This document shows positions 27,185-27,323 of a stretch of 27,323 nt of DNA, in pieces. This stretch comes from Archangium sp. (lineage in GTDB: Bacteria > Myxococcota > Myxococcia > Myxococcales > Myxococcaceae). The position numbers were made by a program, and so were the translations under genes. The notes beneath the pieces are model-generated. The model ran no database searches, was not told where the DNA came from, and worked only from the letters and a program-made list of their open reading frames with translations. The stretch spans positions 1 through 27,323 of the forward strand of contig JANLPS010000186.1 in the NCBI GenBank assembly GCA_031367385.1, in the 5' to 3' direction. Position 1 is the stretch's first letter. Each line of letters begins with the position of its first letter.

Positions 27185-27323
27185 CAATGCCGGTCAGTTA
27201 CGGGGCGGGCGTTTGACCCACTTTTTGTCGTACGCGCTCATTTTGATTTTGACGACACGAGGGTAGCTCCGCTCAGGTCGTCGTTGAGGCAGCAAGAGCA
27301 TCCGTAGTTGCCGAGCGAGGTCT
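27185..27323 (-). mobile_element. end of an IS4-family insertion sequence (continues beyond the window)
   Basis: CAATGCCGGTCAGTTACG at 27185-27202 resembles the IS4 terminal IR TAATGCCGATCAGTTAAG, and a transposase-like frame terminates inside it. Confidence 0.8.
27194..27322 (-). CDS. IS4-family transposase, C-terminal 42 aa (partial)
   Basis: DLARQLRMLLLPQRRPERSYPRVVKIKMSAYDKKWVKRPPRN* resembles the IS4 transposase C-terminal LP.RR.R..PRVVK motif. It is not in the ORF track. Confidence 0.8.
   Translation of the reverse strand, partial: DLARQLRMLLLPQRRPERSYPRVVKIKMSAYDKKWVKRPPRN

Noticed and set aside
1..27323. CRISPR array, tRNA/rRNA, riboswitch or anti-phage defence genes
   Set aside because: No regularly spaced repeats or recognisable RNA-gene or defence motifs were seen. 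The only tandem repeat is the coding Gly-rich linker. A covariance-model search was not run.

Overview
High-GC bacterial DNA, most likely from a myxobacterium (Myxococcota). This is inferred from DGG/DAG-rich lipoprotein linkers, a fused ccoNO gene, and a globin-coupled kinase resembling AfGcHK of Anaeromyxobacter. Left to right: (1) two divergent secreted-protein genes, a GH54 arabinofuranosidase-B-type catalytic domain and a 25-Cys lipoprotein with phospholipase-A2-like motifs; (2) a pstS-pstC-pstA-pstB-phoU operon on the minus strand with unusually long PstC/PstA; (3) a frameshifted, probably 5'-truncated AraC gene, an alpha/beta-hydrolase lipoprotein and a BsuPI-domain lipoprotein; (4) a roughly 14.5 kb putative low-oxygen island: DoxX, a Cys-motif CBS protein, USP, a class II cytochrome c plus an acyl-CoA hydrolase/transferase, ccoI-ccoS-ccoNO-ccoQ-ccoP-ccoG, a TauE/DsbD_2-type protein, a cytochrome c, a globin-coupled histidine kinase, a single receiver protein and a receiver-kinase hybrid; (5) the end of an IS4-family element 8 bp after the hybrid kinase. 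Several units are preceded by sigma54-like -24/-12 motifs, five of them only 14-17 nt from the start codon. All assignments come from reading motifs by eye; no searches were run.
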